Of a stretch of 64,000 nt of DNA, positions 48,236 through 57,867 are shown piece by piece; position 1 is the stretch's first letter, and the number at the start of each line of letters is the position of its first letter. The stretch is from the NCBI GenBank assembly GCA_040382515.1, contig JBEIFH010000004.1, forward strand, positions 2,470 through 66,469, written 5' to 3'. The stretch is from Chlamydiia bacterium. Lineage in GTDB: Bacteria; Chlamydiota; Chlamydiia; Chlamydiales; RGXB01. The notes below the pieces were generated by a model, which saw only the letters and a program-made list of their open reading frames with translations, was not told the origin of the DNA and made no database searches. A program made the translations under genes and the position numbers.

Positions 48236-48523
48236 ACAGATCGCATTTTAGCCGATTTCGATATTCTAAAGAACTTAGATTTTTAGCCATCCCCCTTTTT
48301 TACCCGTTTTGGCTGTGGATGCGATAGAATTTTTTAAAATAGATCTCTTTTGATAAAATTCTATACCAAGGGGAGTCTGCAGGGTCTTAAGCGCTTTTAA
48401 AAAAGGCTTTTTTTAAAAATTTTTAGAAAAAACCGGATATGAATTTTCTAAAAAACTGGGGATGGAAGGGGGTTTGGGGTATCTTGCTTCTCTTAAAATA
48501 GGGGGGGTTGATAGAATGAGGAT

Positions 48524-50647
48524 ATGCAAATGAATCGATGGATGCGGTCAATCAACGAGGGTCTCAAAGAGAACCGACGTGGCCTGCGCCTCATTATTGC
48601 AATCGTGTTTTTTTTAGCACTTTTTGCATTTGTACACTTTAGAGAAGTGCGTGTTGAGGCACTCGAGATTGAGGCTAAGGCTTCGAGCTACATAGTCGCA
48701 CAGGTGGATTTCTCTTTCCCGGACGAAGAGGCGACCATAATTTTACGGCAAGAGGCACTCTCGGACATCAGTTCCATTTATCAAATCGACCCTAAATCGA
48801 TCAAAGAGGCGAGGCTGCAGGTAGAGGACTACTTTATCCGCAACAAAAACTGGCGGGGAAATAATTCGGCAACTTTTGAGGAAATTTACGGCACGATTGA
48901 GAGGATTGCCGATGAGCTTCAAAAAATAAAAATAACCGATGAAAGGACCTCCCGGAAAGCGTGCGAGTCTAAATACATATGCATGGGGATGGTGCAGGTA
49001 CCTATCGATACGCAAAACCCTGTTTTGCCCAAAGAGTTCTGGCCGATTTTTTTGAATGAAGAGCTCAAGAGCAACTCGGTCCAGTCAAAAGAGGCGATAA
49101 AATTGGTGGTGGATAGATACGCATCCTATAGCCAATGGAATATCGAAGTAGACTATGAGGAATTACGAAAATTCAGAACCCATATCGAGGCGCTTGTAGA
49201 GGGTAAAAACACCTCTGTAAAGGCCGGATCGTTGATCATTTCGGAGGGCGAGACGGTGACCGACAGGCACGTGCGCCAGATAGCGGAGATGAAAAAACAG
49301 ATCCGCGAGAGTCGAAATCTTTTTTCATGGAACACGCTTTTAGGAAGCGCGATCATCGCTTTGTTATTGACCGTCCTGATCGCAAGATACTTCAGGCTCT
49401 ACCATAAAAAGATTTACTACTCCTCTTTGAGTCTGTCTTTGTATGCGACAATCGTCATTTTGACACTTGGAGGAGCTAAGTTAATAGAGTACTTCCTTAT
49501 AGAAAACGCTCAATTCCTAACAGACTATATCCGATTTCCCATACTAGTTCCGTTTGCAGCCATCCTTATCTCGATCCTTTTAAATAAGCAGGTTGCCCTT
49601 TTTTCCTCATTTTTTTTGACTATCGTAATAGGGTTGACCCTTGCGGTAGATCAGGGGCGCTTTTTACTCATCAATTATGCCGCTTCTCTAGCGGCCATTT
49701 TTTTTAGCCAGTCTTTGAGCAAGCGCAAAGAGGTGTTTAAAATCTGCTTGCTGTTATGGCTCATCTGCACCCCTATTATTTTGGGATCGAATCTTATCTC
49801 GTCGAGTTTTTTACAGATGTCCACAGTCTATGATCTTGTTGTGACATTACTTTTGGTGATGGCCGAAGCTGTCTTGATAGCACTACTCTTGCCGGTTTTT
49901 GAGACCGCTTTTCATGTGATGACCGATTTAAGATTGATGGAGTTGATGGATCCGAATAACGAGCTGATCCGCAGGTTGTGTTTTGAGGCTCCGGGTACCT
50001 ACCAGCATTCAATCATGGTGGGCATCCTGGCAGAGGCGGCTTGTCTTGCTATTGGTGCAAACGGCCTTCTTTGCCGAGTTTCGGCCCTTTTTCACGACAT
50101 CGGGAAACTATTCAATCCAAATTATTTTACCGAAAACCAATTTGGGGATTTCAATGTCCACCGTCTGCTTTCCCCCACAGAATCGGCCATGGTGATTATT
50201 TCCCACGTGCATGAGGGTGTGGAGCTGGCGAAGAAACATAAACTCCCAAAGTTGATTATCGATATGATCCAGCAGCACCACGGGACTACAATGGTATCCT
50301 ATTTTTATCAAAAAGAGGTGGAGTTGCGCGACGGAAATAGCGATCTTGTCGATAAAGCTCTTTTTACCTATCCGGGTCCCAAACCTCAAACCAAAGAGGC
50401 GGCTGTTTTGATGATTTGCGACACCGTAGAGGCCGCATCCCGCTCATTAGAGGAGATCAACGAAAAAAATGTGGAAGACCTTGTGAACCGTTTGGTGGCA
50501 CAAAAGATAAAAATGGATCAATTCAGCGACTGCGACATCTCGTTTAAAGAATTGGAGATGGTAAAAAAAGTGGTGATTCATACCCTGTATGTAAGTAGGC
50601 ACAGCCGCATCAAATACCACTCCAAAAATACCAGGGCAGAAGATTAG
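48524..50647 (+). CDS. 7TM-receptor HD-domain phosphohydrolase (PgpH/YqfF-like, candidate c-di-AMP phosphodiesterase)
   Basis: Extracellular N-domain + 7 TM + HD domain (YQHSIMVGILAE...LFHDIGK...QHHG). Confidence 0.8.
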   Translation: MQMNRWMRSINEGLKENRRGLRLIIAIVFFLALFAFVHFREVRVEALEIEAKASSYIVAQVDFSFPDEEATIILRQEALSDISSIYQIDPKSIKEARLQVEDYFIRNKNWRGNNSATFEEIYGTIERIADELQKIKITDERTSRKACESKYICMGMVQVPIDTQNPVLPKEFWPIFLNEELKSNSVQSKEAIKLVVDRYASYSQWNIEVDYEELRKFRTHIEALVEGKNTSVKAGSLIISEGETVTDRHVRQIAEMKKQIRESRNLFSWNTLLGSAIIALLLTVLIARYFRLYHKKIYYSSLSLSLYATIVILTLGGAKLIEYFLIENAQFLTDYIRFPILVPFAAILISILLNKQVALFSSFFLTIVIGLTLAVDQGRFLLINYAASLAAIFFSQSLSKRKEVFKICLLLWLICTPIILGSNLISSSFLQMSTVYDLVVTLLLVMAEAVLIALLLPVFETAFHVMTDLRLMELMDPNNELIRRLCFEAPGTYQHSIMVGILAEAACLAIGANGLLCRVSALFHDIGKLFNPNYFTENQFGDFNVHRLLSPTESAMVIISHVHEGVELAKKHKLPKLIIDMIQQHHGTTMVSYFYQKEVELRDGNSDLVDKALFTYPGPKPQTKEAAVLMICDTVEAASRSLEEINEKNVEDLVNRLVAQKIKMDQFSDCDISFKELEMVKKVVIHTLYVSRHSRIKYHSKNTRAED

Positions 50648-50656
50648 AGGTTCTTG

Positions 50657-52126
50657 TTAGCCAAACGCTTTTTTAATAGAAGCGCCGATGAGTGCTAAAT
50701 GGGAGGCTGCCTCATCCGGTGTCCCCTTAAATGGACCTAGTTTGAGGTAAAATTTGACTTTCGGCTCTGTACCCGAGGGTCTGACAAGAATCTGGAGCGC
50801 CTCAAGCTCTATCACGACAATCCCCATATCCGGATGGACCCCTTTTTTGAGAACTTTTTTCCCCCCAAGCTCCGTAAGCGGGTGCTGAAGCACTTTTGAG
50901 TCTACAAAGTCGGCCCCCGATTGCCCCTCTTTCAATTCGATGCTCACCTGATCTTCTCTAAAAATTCCGTAGAGCTGATCGAGTTCTATGCTGAAGTCGG
51001 TAAGGGATTTCCCCTTTTTTTTGAGCAGATGGGCAAGATGGCTCACATAAAGAGCCATATGCGGGGAATCTTTATCCAAAGATCCCCCTTTCACCATCAA
51101 ATAACCTATAGACTCCTCAAAACCCATCAAAAATTCCTCAGGTTTTTTGTGAAGAGCCTCGGATATGTAGCGAAACCCGGTTTTGTAGCGGTGTACCTTG
51201 CGCCCATATTTTTTTGCGATCGCATCGACAAGATTTGTCGAAACATACGAAGTGTGCACATCTCCCTGTTTTCCCTCTTGCAAAAGAGATTCAAGCACAA
51301 TAGCCCCGATTCTATTGCCGGTAAACATCGAATGGCGATCGACAAAAGCTATTCTGTCAGCATCAGGATCTGTTGCAATCCCCAAATCAGCATCCAAATC
51401 AACCATCATCTCTTTTAGAAGAAAAAGATTTTGGGGATCTTCGGGATTGGGTTTTTTAAAACCGGCAAAGTCGGGATCTACAGGAAGTTGTTTGTCAACA
51501 AGGTGGCAGGAGGTGAATCCGGTCCGCCGTAAAAACTCCGGGATGACTGTGGAACCACACCCGCTAAAGGGGGAGTAGACAATTTTTAGCTCTTTTCTGG
51601 ATGGATCAAAAGGGCTTGGGAGAACTTTTGAGACAATTTGAAAATAGGCGTCCACGTTTTTTTTATCTACAAAGTGGATGTTTTCAAAAGAGATTCGGAT
51701 TGGATCCGATTGTTTTAAGGATGCGAGCAATTGTTTCTCATGAGCTAAAAACTGCCCGCCATAATTTTCGTAAATTTTAAATCCGTTATCATGGGAGGGA
51801 TTGTGAGATGCTGTGATCATCACTCCGCCGGCCGCTTCCAAATGGTGGCAAAGAAAAGAAAGGTAGGGGGTTGGCATCAGGGTATCGGTGATATGCACCT
51901 CAAATCCGTTCCCGCTAAAAACTTGGGCTACAGCGTGGGCAAATTCTTTAGAATGGTGTCTACAGTCATACGAGATCACAAATTTTTTAGAAGAGGAGTC
52001 CTTTAGGGTCAAAGCCGCCGCCTGGGCGAATTTCAATACGGTTTCAAGATTCAGTCCGTCTAGACCCTCTTTCATAGGGCCCCGAAATCCGGCTGTTCCA
52101 AAAGGGACTAAAGGGATTCTTTGCAT
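50657..52126 (-). CDS. alpha-D-phosphohexomutase (phosphoglucomutase/phosphomannomutase family)
   Basis: TASHNPSHDNGFK active-site loop, DPDADR metal loop, GFEESIG. Confidence 0.87.
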   Translation of the reverse strand: MQRIPLVPFGTAGFRGPMKEGLDGLNLETVLKFAQAAALTLKDSSSKKFVISYDCRHHSKEFAHAVAQVFSGNGFEVHITDTLMPTPYLSFLCHHLEAAGGVMITASHNPSHDNGFKIYENYGGQFLAHEKQLLASLKQSDPIRISFENIHFVDKKNVDAYFQIVSKVLPSPFDPSRKELKIVYSPFSGCGSTVIPEFLRRTGFTSCHLVDKQLPVDPDFAGFKKPNPEDPQNLFLLKEMMVDLDADLGIATDPDADRIAFVDRHSMFTGNRIGAIVLESLLQEGKQGDVHTSYVSTNLVDAIAKKYGRKVHRYKTGFRYISEALHKKPEEFLMGFEESIGYLMVKGGSLDKDSPHMALYVSHLAHLLKKKGKSLTDFSIELDQLYGIFREDQVSIELKEGQSGADFVDSKVLQHPLTELGGKKVLKKGVHPDMGIVVIELEALQILVRPSGTEPKVKFYLKLGPFKGTPDEAASHLALIGASIKKAFG

Positions 52127-52183
52127 ATTTAGCCTTTATCAACATGGCAATTATTTTTAAAGAAATCTAAATAAAAGATTTAT

Positions 52184-52591
52184 CTAATTAGCCTCTTCCA
52201 TTTTTTTTCGAATCTCTTCGAAGCTATGGAAGACCCCTTCCGGGTGATCTAAACCCTCACAACGGATTTTTTCGCTATCCCACCCTTTTTTTGAGCGCAT
52301 TAACTCGGGCCAAAATGGGTACGTTTTACATTGTTTGGGTCTATGATGATAAACCGTACAGCGATTCTCTTTAAGAAAAACACAATCAAAATTTGGATGT
52401 TCTTTCAAGGAGATTTTACCATGGAGCTTACGGGTATATTTTTCTAAAAAATCTTTTTTCTCCATACCAAGAAAGCTAGCGAGTTGCTCGATCTCATCCA
52501 TAGAGATAAATACCGCCCCGGGCTCCTTAGCACAGCAATTTCCGCAACCCGTGCATTTGAAATGGACCCCCTCGAGATACCAGGGCTTCAT
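52184..52591 (-). CDS. YkgJ-family cysteine-cluster (Fe-S/Zn) protein
   Basis: FKCTGCGNCCAKEPG (CxxCxxCC) plus a distal C..C pair. Confidence 0.7.
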   Translation of the reverse strand: MKPWYLEGVHFKCTGCGNCCAKEPGAVFISMDEIEQLASFLGMEKKDFLEKYTRKLHGKISLKEHPNFDCVFLKENRCTVYHHRPKQCKTYPFWPELMRSKKGWDSEKIRCEGLDHPEGVFHSFEEIRKKMEEAN

Positions 52592-53421
52592 GAGGAGAGC
52601 TCCTGAAAGACCGCCTTTTTATTGTACCAGCCTTCCAAAGAGTTCTTTTTTTCTACAGAGCGCAATTCCACTCTAAGAGTCTTGGCCCCCAGTTCGTAAA
52701 AGTTATAACGTCCAAAACTGCCACGGGAGATCCCAGGATTGGTTACTAAAGTTGATTTGAGTTGAAACAGCGTTTGATTGTGGGTGTGCCCATGGGCAAA
52801 CAAGGCGATCTTTGGGTGCGATGAAAGGAGGTTCTGCAATGCTTCTCCTCTTACCAGACGATTATTTTTTCCTTGTGCAATTGGGGGTGGGTAGTGGCAT
52901 AAAACAGCGATGCGCTCTTTGATCGATGCTGTGATATGTTTTTCAAACATTTCCTCAAGAGACTCGCTAAAAAGACCCGAGTCCCTTTTATGCCCATTGT
53001 GGGAGGCGTCAAGGGTGATCAGATCCCAGTCTTCATTGAGAGAATGGGTTTCCACCGGGTCAAAAGAATCTTTATCTAAAAAAAGTTTTGCTATGTGATT
53101 CTGCAAGTTGCTCCGTACATCATGATTCCCGGGTATCACTCGGATTTTAAGCGAAGGGGGAAGATAGGGAAAAAGGGCCTCTTTGGCCAAAATGAATTCC
53201 TCCTCAAGACCAGAGACGCTAAGATCGCCCGAAATCCAAAGTTCTTGGACATTTTTTTCGAGAATGTCAGCGATTAGATTTTTGAAAAGAGTGGAGTGAA
53301 AAAATTTTTTTCTAAATAGGAGGTGGTTTAGAACCCCTACCCCATTTTTACCAAGAAAACCTTTTAGAGTTCTGGGTAAAGAAAAAAAATGCAGGTCGCT
53401 GATATGGGCAATACGGATCAT
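52588..53421 (-). CDS. calcineurin-like metallophosphoesterase
   Basis: IAHISDLHF, GDLS, PGNHD, GHTH. ATGA overlap with ykgJ-like. Could be a lipid A LpxG/LpxH-type hydrolase, but the sequence alone does not show this. Confidence 0.8.
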   Translation of the reverse strand: MIRIAHISDLHFFSLPRTLKGFLGKNGVGVLNHLLFRKKFFHSTLFKNLIADILEKNVQELWISGDLSVSGLEEEFILAKEALFPYLPPSLKIRVIPGNHDVRSNLQNHIAKLFLDKDSFDPVETHSLNEDWDLITLDASHNGHKRDSGLFSESLEEMFEKHITASIKERIAVLCHYPPPIAQGKNNRLVRGEALQNLLSSHPKIALFAHGHTHNQTLFQLKSTLVTNPGISRGSFGRYNFYELGAKTLRVELRSVEKKNSLEGWYNKKAVFQELSS

Positions 53422-53464
53422 ACCATCTATATTGCCCCATACCTTTTAGGTAAATCAAGAAAAG

Positions 53465-53866
53465 TTATCTCTTTTTTTTCCCAAAATTCTCTTGCTTGTG
53501 GACAGTCATAGATTTGGTCAGTTTCTTTGAGCGGGCCATGCTGCTGGCTTGGCGGTTATTAAGAATCTTAGTATGAGTGTTATGCAGTGGGTGCTCATCT
53601 CTATAGCAGCCGATCTCTTGGAGGGAATCGGCCCTCTTGGAGTGTTTTTTAGCCCTCTTTTTTTTGTCGGCTTTCAGATCGTGGATAAAACGGCGGATCT
53701 GTTTTTGCTTATCCTGGGGGAAAAAGTGGGTAAGAATGAAAGGTAAAATCTCCTCGGTTACCACGAATTCTTCCTCATCTGTGAAGGGGAGCTTGGATTC
53801 GGCCTTCATACCGGAGCGTATAGCCTTTTGACGGGTGTGCTCTTGACGATGAGTTTTGCGGGGCAT
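53465..53866 (-). CDS. hypothetical highly basic protein
   Basis: 133-aa ORF, Lys/Arg/His-rich at both ends, no known motif. Confidence 0.45.
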   Translation of the reverse strand: MPRKTHRQEHTRQKAIRSGMKAESKLPFTDEEEFVVTEEILPFILTHFFPQDKQKQIRRFIHDLKADKKKRAKKHSKRADSLQEIGCYRDEHPLHNTHTKILNNRQASSMARSKKLTKSMTVHKQENFGKKKR

Positions 53867-53893
53867 TTTTATATCCTCTTTTATAACTTTTTA

Positions 53894-53929
53894 AATAAAC
53901 TATTTTACTTTAATTTAAAATAGTTTATT
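53894..53929. promoter_or_regulatory. perfect 14-bp inverted repeat (candidate operator) in a divergent promoter region
   Basis: AATAAACTATTTTA (53894-53907) - 8 nt - TAAAATAGTTTATT (53916-53929). It lies between the divergent starts at 53866 (-) and 53994 (+). Confidence 0.4.
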
Positions 53930-53993
53930 CATTTATTAAATGAGCTTGCTAGAACGTTAAAGCTTATGAGATTGAAAATCAGAGAGTAAAAAT

Positions 53994-54224
53994 ATGAAAG
54001 AATACAAATCCAACATGTCAAAGTGGATGAAAGAGGGGCAAAAAGAGCTGAACCCACAAAGGATGGGGCAGATGAAAGAGGGGCACATGGATACCCATCA
54101 TAAAAACATGGGTGACAAAAGGCACCATGGCGCCCAAGATAGCACCGACAAGGTTCAAGAAAGACGCCCTATGCACGGTTCACCTATGGGGATGAAAAAT
54201 AAGGGTCGGGACCACAGGCTTTAA
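53994..54224 (+). CDS. small His/Met-rich hypothetical protein
   Basis: 76 aa with about 11 Met and about 9 His (WMKEG..MGQMKEGHMDTHHKNMGDKRHHG..PMHGSPMGM). No signal peptide. The 3' end overlaps rsmI convergently by 4 nt. Confidence 0.4.
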   Translation: MKEYKSNMSKWMKEGQKELNPQRMGQMKEGHMDTHHKNMGDKRHHGAQDSTDKVQERRPMHGSPMGMKNKGRDHRL

Positions 54225-55021
54225 ACAGCCTTGTGGAGCTTTTCATAAAGCGGCTGTTTTTTGACCTCGAAAAAGTCCGCTGCAATTTTTGCAGCGGTGC
54301 TTAGACTAAGAGCATGTTTTTGTATTAAATCTTTTGCAAATGCGAGTGCCTCTTGGTCTTTACTTTTTAAAGCTTCAGGTTCAATCGCTACGACTAGCTC
54401 TCCTAAGTGCTCTCTTTGAGCCAAAACCTTTAAAATTTCTTCTTTTGATCCCCGGATGATCTCTTCGAATTTTTTTGTAAGTTCTCGAAAAAGGGTAATA
54501 CGGCAATCGTAAGGGATTTTTTGAATGGTTTCGGTAATTCTGTGGGGGCTTTCAAAAAAAAGGGTAACCCCATCATAGGATGCAATCTTGTCAAACAAGA
54601 GGGCCTGCTCCCCCCCTTTTTTTGGAAAAAAGCCTAAAAATTGGAAGGGTTTCATCGTTCCCAAGAGAGAATAGGCCACTACGGGCGCTGCAGGGCCTGG
54701 TAAAGACGTGACGACAATATTTTCTTCAATACAGGTTTTGACTAAAAGGGCTCCTGGATCACAAACTGCGGGAGTGCCTGCATCGCTGATTAGTGCTACA
54801 TGTTTCCCTTCCTTGAGTGTCGAGATGATTTTGTTTAGCTTTGTTTTTTCAGAAAACTGCTCATAGGAAATGAGGGGAGCCTCAATCTCGTAGTGACGCA
54901 GAAAATGGCCGGAATGGCGCGTGTCTTCACATAAAATGAGGTCAACGGACTTTAATATTTCAAGGGCCCTTAGGGTGATGTCTTTAAGATTTCCTATGGG
55001 GGTTGCAACAAGATAAAGCAT
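54221..55021 (-). CDS. rsmI: 16S rRNA (cytidine1402-2'-O)-methyltransferase RsmI
   Basis: MLYLVATPIGNLKDITLRALEILKSVDLILCEDTRHSG. Confidence 0.92.
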   Translation of the reverse strand: MLYLVATPIGNLKDITLRALEILKSVDLILCEDTRHSGHFLRHYEIEAPLISYEQFSEKTKLNKIISTLKEGKHVALISDAGTPAVCDPGALLVKTCIEENIVVTSLPGPAAPVVAYSLLGTMKPFQFLGFFPKKGGEQALLFDKIASYDGVTLFFESPHRITETIQKIPYDCRITLFRELTKKFEEIIRGSKEEILKVLAQREHLGELVVAIEPEALKSKDQEALAFAKDLIQKHALSLSTAAKIAADFFEVKKQPLYEKLHKAV

Positions 55022-55163
55022 AAAAAACCTCTAGAGCTTTTTGATTTGTCGCCAATAAGATACGGTGGAAAGGATGCGGTGAGAAATAGGTGGCTTTTGT
55101 CTTATTTCATCCCTGGGGTATTTGTTGAAAGGATCCAAAATCACTTTAGAACCTCTACTAAAA

Positions 55164-55235
<72 letters not shown>

Positions 55236-55378
55236 CTGAAAAACCTTAAGAAAATTTAACTTATAGGTTTATAAGAGGATTTTAGGGATAAAATCGAAAA
55301 TGATAGTATCCCATACCCCTTTTTTTGTCTCGAAAAAAATCGGGAAGACGACTAAAGAGGACCTCTTATGGACCTGAC

Positions 55379-56680
55379 TTACGAATTTTGGAATCCGTAG
55401 CTCTCTTTAAGTTTGCCCACTGGCAAAGACAAAAATACCAGCCCGATACATCCTAATAAAAGGATCCCCATAGTGATAAGATCGATCCCTGACCAAAGGG
55501 TGCCTATCGCTAAAATCAAGGCTAAAGCGTAGTTGCACTTGCGTATGCTACGCGCTACTTCCGCCATACTTAGAATCGAAACCACGATGACAAGCGCTCC
55601 AAACGTGTGGGAAAAATCGCTTAGCATCCCTTCGAATTGAAAGAGAAAGGGGGCAAACATGAAGAAAGCACCCACGAGTGCAGCTCCAATAAGGTAGGGT
55701 TGGAATGTCACCCCGCGCAGCATCCCTAAACAAAATTCTTTGAACGGTGGGGGAAATTTATCCGTATCGGGATCATCGGTGGCACCATCAGGGAAGGTCC
55801 CTTTGAAGAACGTCCTTAAAAAATGCCCCTCTTTGTACGCGCGTATTAAAAGCTGAGTCACGGCAACCACTTCGTCAAGGGTTAAAGTACACATCAGGAG
55901 CATGCAAAAAGCAGCCAAAAGGCAAAGACTGCACCAGGCGCCTACAATTAAAGGTTGCAAAATCACAAGGACTATGCTCACTAATCCGAGAGGCACTACC
56001 AAAAAAGAGAATCCAACCACTAGCCAGGGCATGGTGCGCCATCTTGCGGTGCGCCCTTTGAGGCCTAAAAGAACCTCTAGAGAGTATGCCAAAGCCCCTA
56101 GTCCAGCATCAGGCAAAGGAAAAGCTTTCGATACGTTGGATGTGATCACTTTTTCTGTCCCATCTACAAAGAACGGATCCCAAATAGAGTCTATGTAACC
56201 AAGTTGATAGGCGCACATAAGTCGTGCTGCAAACCATCCAATAGTTCCAAAAACCAAGATGGGGAATCTCTGCACCCATGAGGAGGGGTTGTAGCTCCAA
56301 CCCCTAGGAATTTGCCCTTTGTCTTCATCTTGAATCCCTTTTATTCCTGGGAAGATGAGCGCAAATAGGATGCAGATAATTCCCGAAACGGTGTCGTTCA
56401 GATAGGCTTGGGGGTCCTTGGCCCAAAAAAGCATCGGAGCCAGTTGCAGATACACACCCACAAAAGCGATGACCCAGGGGGAAAGAGCGGATCCTCTAAG
56501 AGAAAAAAGGGAAAAAAGGATCACCAGTCCGCCACAAATCTGGTCGCTATAAATAATCTCCGGTTGGTCGATACCTAGCATGTCTACCGTAAACAAAAGC
56601 CAAAAGCCCATGAAAAGGGTGACTAAAAAGTACCAAAGACGTTTTTGTTCTTCTTTAGCGAGAAGGTTTTTTTTGAGCAT
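55379..56680 (-). CDS. polytopic membrane protein with VKOR-like (vitamin K epoxide reductase family) region
   Basis: 433 aa, more than 10 TM. ...SKAFPLPDAGLGALAYSLEVLLG... and GAWCSLCLL (CxxC inside a TM) resemble the VKOR core. The loop Cys pair is not evident. Confidence 0.4.
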   Translation of the reverse strand: MLKKNLLAKEEQKRLWYFLVTLFMGFWLLFTVDMLGIDQPEIIYSDQICGGLVILFSLFSLRGSALSPWVIAFVGVYLQLAPMLFWAKDPQAYLNDTVSGIICILFALIFPGIKGIQDEDKGQIPRGWSYNPSSWVQRFPILVFGTIGWFAARLMCAYQLGYIDSIWDPFFVDGTEKVITSNVSKAFPLPDAGLGALAYSLEVLLGLKGRTARWRTMPWLVVGFSFLVVPLGLVSIVLVILQPLIVGAWCSLCLLAAFCMLLMCTLTLDEVVAVTQLLIRAYKEGHFLRTFFKGTFPDGATDDPDTDKFPPPFKEFCLGMLRGVTFQPYLIGAALVGAFFMFAPFLFQFEGMLSDFSHTFGALVIVVSILSMAEVARSIRKCNYALALILAIGTLWSGIDLITMGILLLGCIGLVFLSLPVGKLKESYGFQNS

Positions 56681-57752
56681 CTTCCTTACTCCATTCTCTT
56701 TCTAAATGTTTAGGGACGATCAGGTTGTTTTCACGATAAAAATCCCGCTTATTATTTTTTGCCCAAGAAATCATCTGTTCGAGTTTTTTATCGAGGGCAT
56801 TTTGAGGCTTCCAGCCTAAAAGGGTTTTTGCTTTGCTGCAGTCGCAATCATAGTGCAGGTCGGCAATGTCGATCATAAATGGCTTTATGAAAGAATTTCG
56901 CAGAAAAAGGGTCCCGATCTTGGCGGCAAATTTTGGAACCCAGAAAAGGGGAAATTTATATCCGAAAAGGGCCTTACTCATTCTCTCATGCAGCTCTATG
57001 AAGGAAAAGGATTTGTCTTCGGCAGCAAGCAATGTCACAAAGCTGGGCAGAGTGGACGCTTTTTCCATGCATAAAACGAACAGATTGACCAAATCATCCA
57101 TATGGAGGAACGGGTTTCCGTGGGTCCTTTTTCCCGGGTAGAAAAAGGCCAGAAACTGTTTTTCCATAGTCCTTTGCAACTGTGTAGATAGTGGAATAGA
57201 GTGAAATTGATCGTTATAGATTCCTGACATCCGGATAATTGTAACCTGTTTGATCGATCCTCGCTCTTCTTGGATCACCGATTCGGTGATGATTTTCGAT
57301 TTCGGGTAGTTCCAATACGGGCAAAGGGGATCCTCCTCCTTGATCTTTTTACCGACTGCTACTTCTTTGTGCACAAGCATGGTGCTGGAAAAGATAAACT
57401 GATCCACTTCAAAACTTTGCAAAAGCTGTAAGAGGAGACGTGTCCCTTCGACGGTGATTTTCTGATACTTTTTGAATGAGGAATCTCCCTCAAAACTATA
57501 GTAGGCCGCAAGGTGGATCACGCAATGAATCTTTGGCCCATGTTTTATTCTGATGTTATGCAGAGTTGAGATCATAGACTCCCGATTGGAAACGTCCAGG
57601 GGGATGATCTCCTCGTCTTCTGAGTAAAAAATAGCGCTCGAGCGATCAAAGCCGATCACCTTATACTGGTCGGCAATCTTTTTGATAATTGCTCTGCCTA
57701 TCCTACCGCCGGCCCCGGTAATCAGAACGAGCTTTTTTTTCCCATTTTCCAT
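56655..57752 (-). CDS. NAD-dependent epimerase/dehydratase (extended SDR)
   Basis: LVLITGAGGRIGRAI Rossmann motif, YPKSK (YxxxK). Confidence 0.8.
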   Translation of the reverse strand: MENGKKKLVLITGAGGRIGRAIIKKIADQYKVIGFDRSSAIFYSEDEEIIPLDVSNRESMISTLHNIRIKHGPKIHCVIHLAAYYSFEGDSSFKKYQKITVEGTRLLLQLLQSFEVDQFIFSSTMLVHKEVAVGKKIKEEDPLCPYWNYPKSKIITESVIQEERGSIKQVTIIRMSGIYNDQFHSIPLSTQLQRTMEKQFLAFFYPGKRTHGNPFLHMDDLVNLFVLCMEKASTLPSFVTLLAAEDKSFSFIELHERMSKALFGYKFPLFWVPKFAAKIGTLFLRNSFIKPFMIDIADLHYDCDCSKAKTLLGWKPQNALDKKLEQMISWAKNNKRDFYRENNLIVPKHLEREWSKEDAQKKPSR

Positions 57753-57867
57753 CGAACACTCTTAAAATTGATATTTTTTTCTTTCTAGGGATTTTTTCTA
57801 TTTCCTGCAAGTGGGGGGGTAAAATCCTGGTAGGACCCTCTCTTGGCTACATGGAAGCGAGGGTAGC

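Noticed and set aside
48236-48523. Possible SRP (4.5S/ffs) RNA or other sRNA in the 288-bp spacer upstream of dnaX, a common ffs location
   Set aside because: I could not find the conserved domain IV sequence (..GGUCCGGAAGGAAGCAGCC..) or a convincing long helix on either strand. The G-rich stretch about 48460-48510 does not fold into the SRP pattern by eye. A covariance-model scan (Rfam) would settle it.
52588-53421. Naming the metallophosphoesterase LpxG (chlamydial UDP-2,3-diacylglucosamine hydrolase)
   Set aside because: Only the generic calcineurin-like motifs are visible. I cannot discriminate LpxG or LpxH from other family members without an alignment, so the call is left generic.
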